From the IMG/VR virus record IMGVR_UViG_3300030430_000437, positions 1-34,904 of that record: a stretch of 34,904 bases of DNA; one strand, 5' to 3'. Made by a program: the position numbers and the translations under genes. Origin of the DNA: a virus. Taxonomy: Duplodnaviria; Caudoviricetes. The notes beneath the pieces were generated by a model that was given only the letters and a program-made list of their open reading frames with translations, was not told where the DNA came from and did not search any database. Each line of letters begins with the position of its first letter. Position 1 is the first letter of the stretch. Shown here piece by piece: positions 34,391 to 34,904 of this stretch.

Positions 34391-34904
34391 ATGGCAAATA
34401 AAAAAGTACAAATTGAAGTTTTTGATTTTACCAGTGGAGATAGTGTGCAAAGTATTTCTATTGTAGATGGAGGTGAGTTTATAGACACTCCTGTTGTTAT
34501 TATAGATAATGGTTCAGGTCAACCTAATCCAATAACAAGTGCTACAGTATCGGTAACTACAAGTGGTGCTGGTACAGTTGCAAGTCCTTTTGTAATTACA
34601 GGTCTGACTATAACAAATGCAGGTAGTGGGTATTTAAGTACAGTTAGAGTTTTAGTTACTACTACATCAGGAGGTTCAGGTGTGTTGACAGATGCAATAT
34701 TACAAGCTAACTTAGATACTGGTGTCATAGGTTTTTTAGACATAACAGATAGTCAAAACTTTCCTTTGTCAATGAACTTTACTATATCAGATGGTAAAGA
34801 ATTAGAAAGTAGATTTGGAGATTTTTCTAAAACCTTTGAAGTACCTGCAACAAAAAACAACAATAGATTATTTAGACACATATACAGAGCAGATATAGTT
34901 AATA
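34391..34904 (+). CDS. 5' part of the tail tip protein that continues at base 3
   Basis: ATG directly after the previous stop; MANKKVQIEV... open to the window end and in frame across the terminal repeat. Confidence 0.8.
   Translation, partial: MANKKVQIEVFDFTSGDSVQSISIVDGGEFIDTPVVIIDNGSGQPNPITSATVSVTTSGAGTVASPFVITGLTITNAGSGYLSTVRVLVTTTSGGSGVLTDAILQANLDTGVIGFLDITDSQNFPLSMNFTISDGKELESRFGDFSKTFEVPATKNNNRLFRHIYRADIVN
34806..34903. repeat. Terminal direct repeat, right copy
   Basis: Identical to 1-98. Confidence 0.95.

Noticed and set aside
2086-34743. Minus-strand ORFs in the track (e.g. 3099-3605, 3615-4151, 30384-30998)
   Set aside because: They are antisense shadows of well-supported + genes, with no leaders or recognisable motifs.
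1-34904. Stop-codon reassignment as in some crAss-like phages
   Set aside because: Long genes are intact under code 11, and both TAG (18262) and TGA (21868, 23785) end genes at sensible places.

Overview
The window looks like the complete, circularly permuted genome (about 34.8 kb) of an AT-rich tailed phage. Bases 1-98 repeat exactly at 34806-34903, and one tail gene reads through the join. Long tape measure, tail tube and no sheath point to a siphovirus. All credible genes are on the + strand. TAnnTTTG promoters and A-rich leaders without Shine-Dalgarno point to a Bacteroidota (probably Flavobacteriia) host. Modules: tail-tip genes and tape measure; ClpP-type protease/scaffold, capsid, tail tube, portal, adaptor; a large LamG/CBM-like protein; a lysis cassette (holins, M15 peptidase); a metallophosphoesterase; a small replication/recombination module; two units of tiny unknown genes (inferred early); a ~530 bp non-coding gap; terS/terL; a -1 frameshifted tail chaperone. 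I saw no integrase, DNA polymerase, tRNA or CRISPR array. The most striking signals are non-coding. (1) A candidate ~80-nt small RNA at ~17050-17130 has a single-stranded core complementary to the repeated leader/start codon of many early genes. A second anti-start element lies in the 3' UTR of an Sm/WYL-like gene. (2) Two phased arrays of four GAAACTGC motifs each have their last copy starting exactly 127 bp before the -7 box of an early promoter. (3) A G-tract island shares GGGGGTA with the putative origin. Product calls come from motif recognition by eye; no searches were run.
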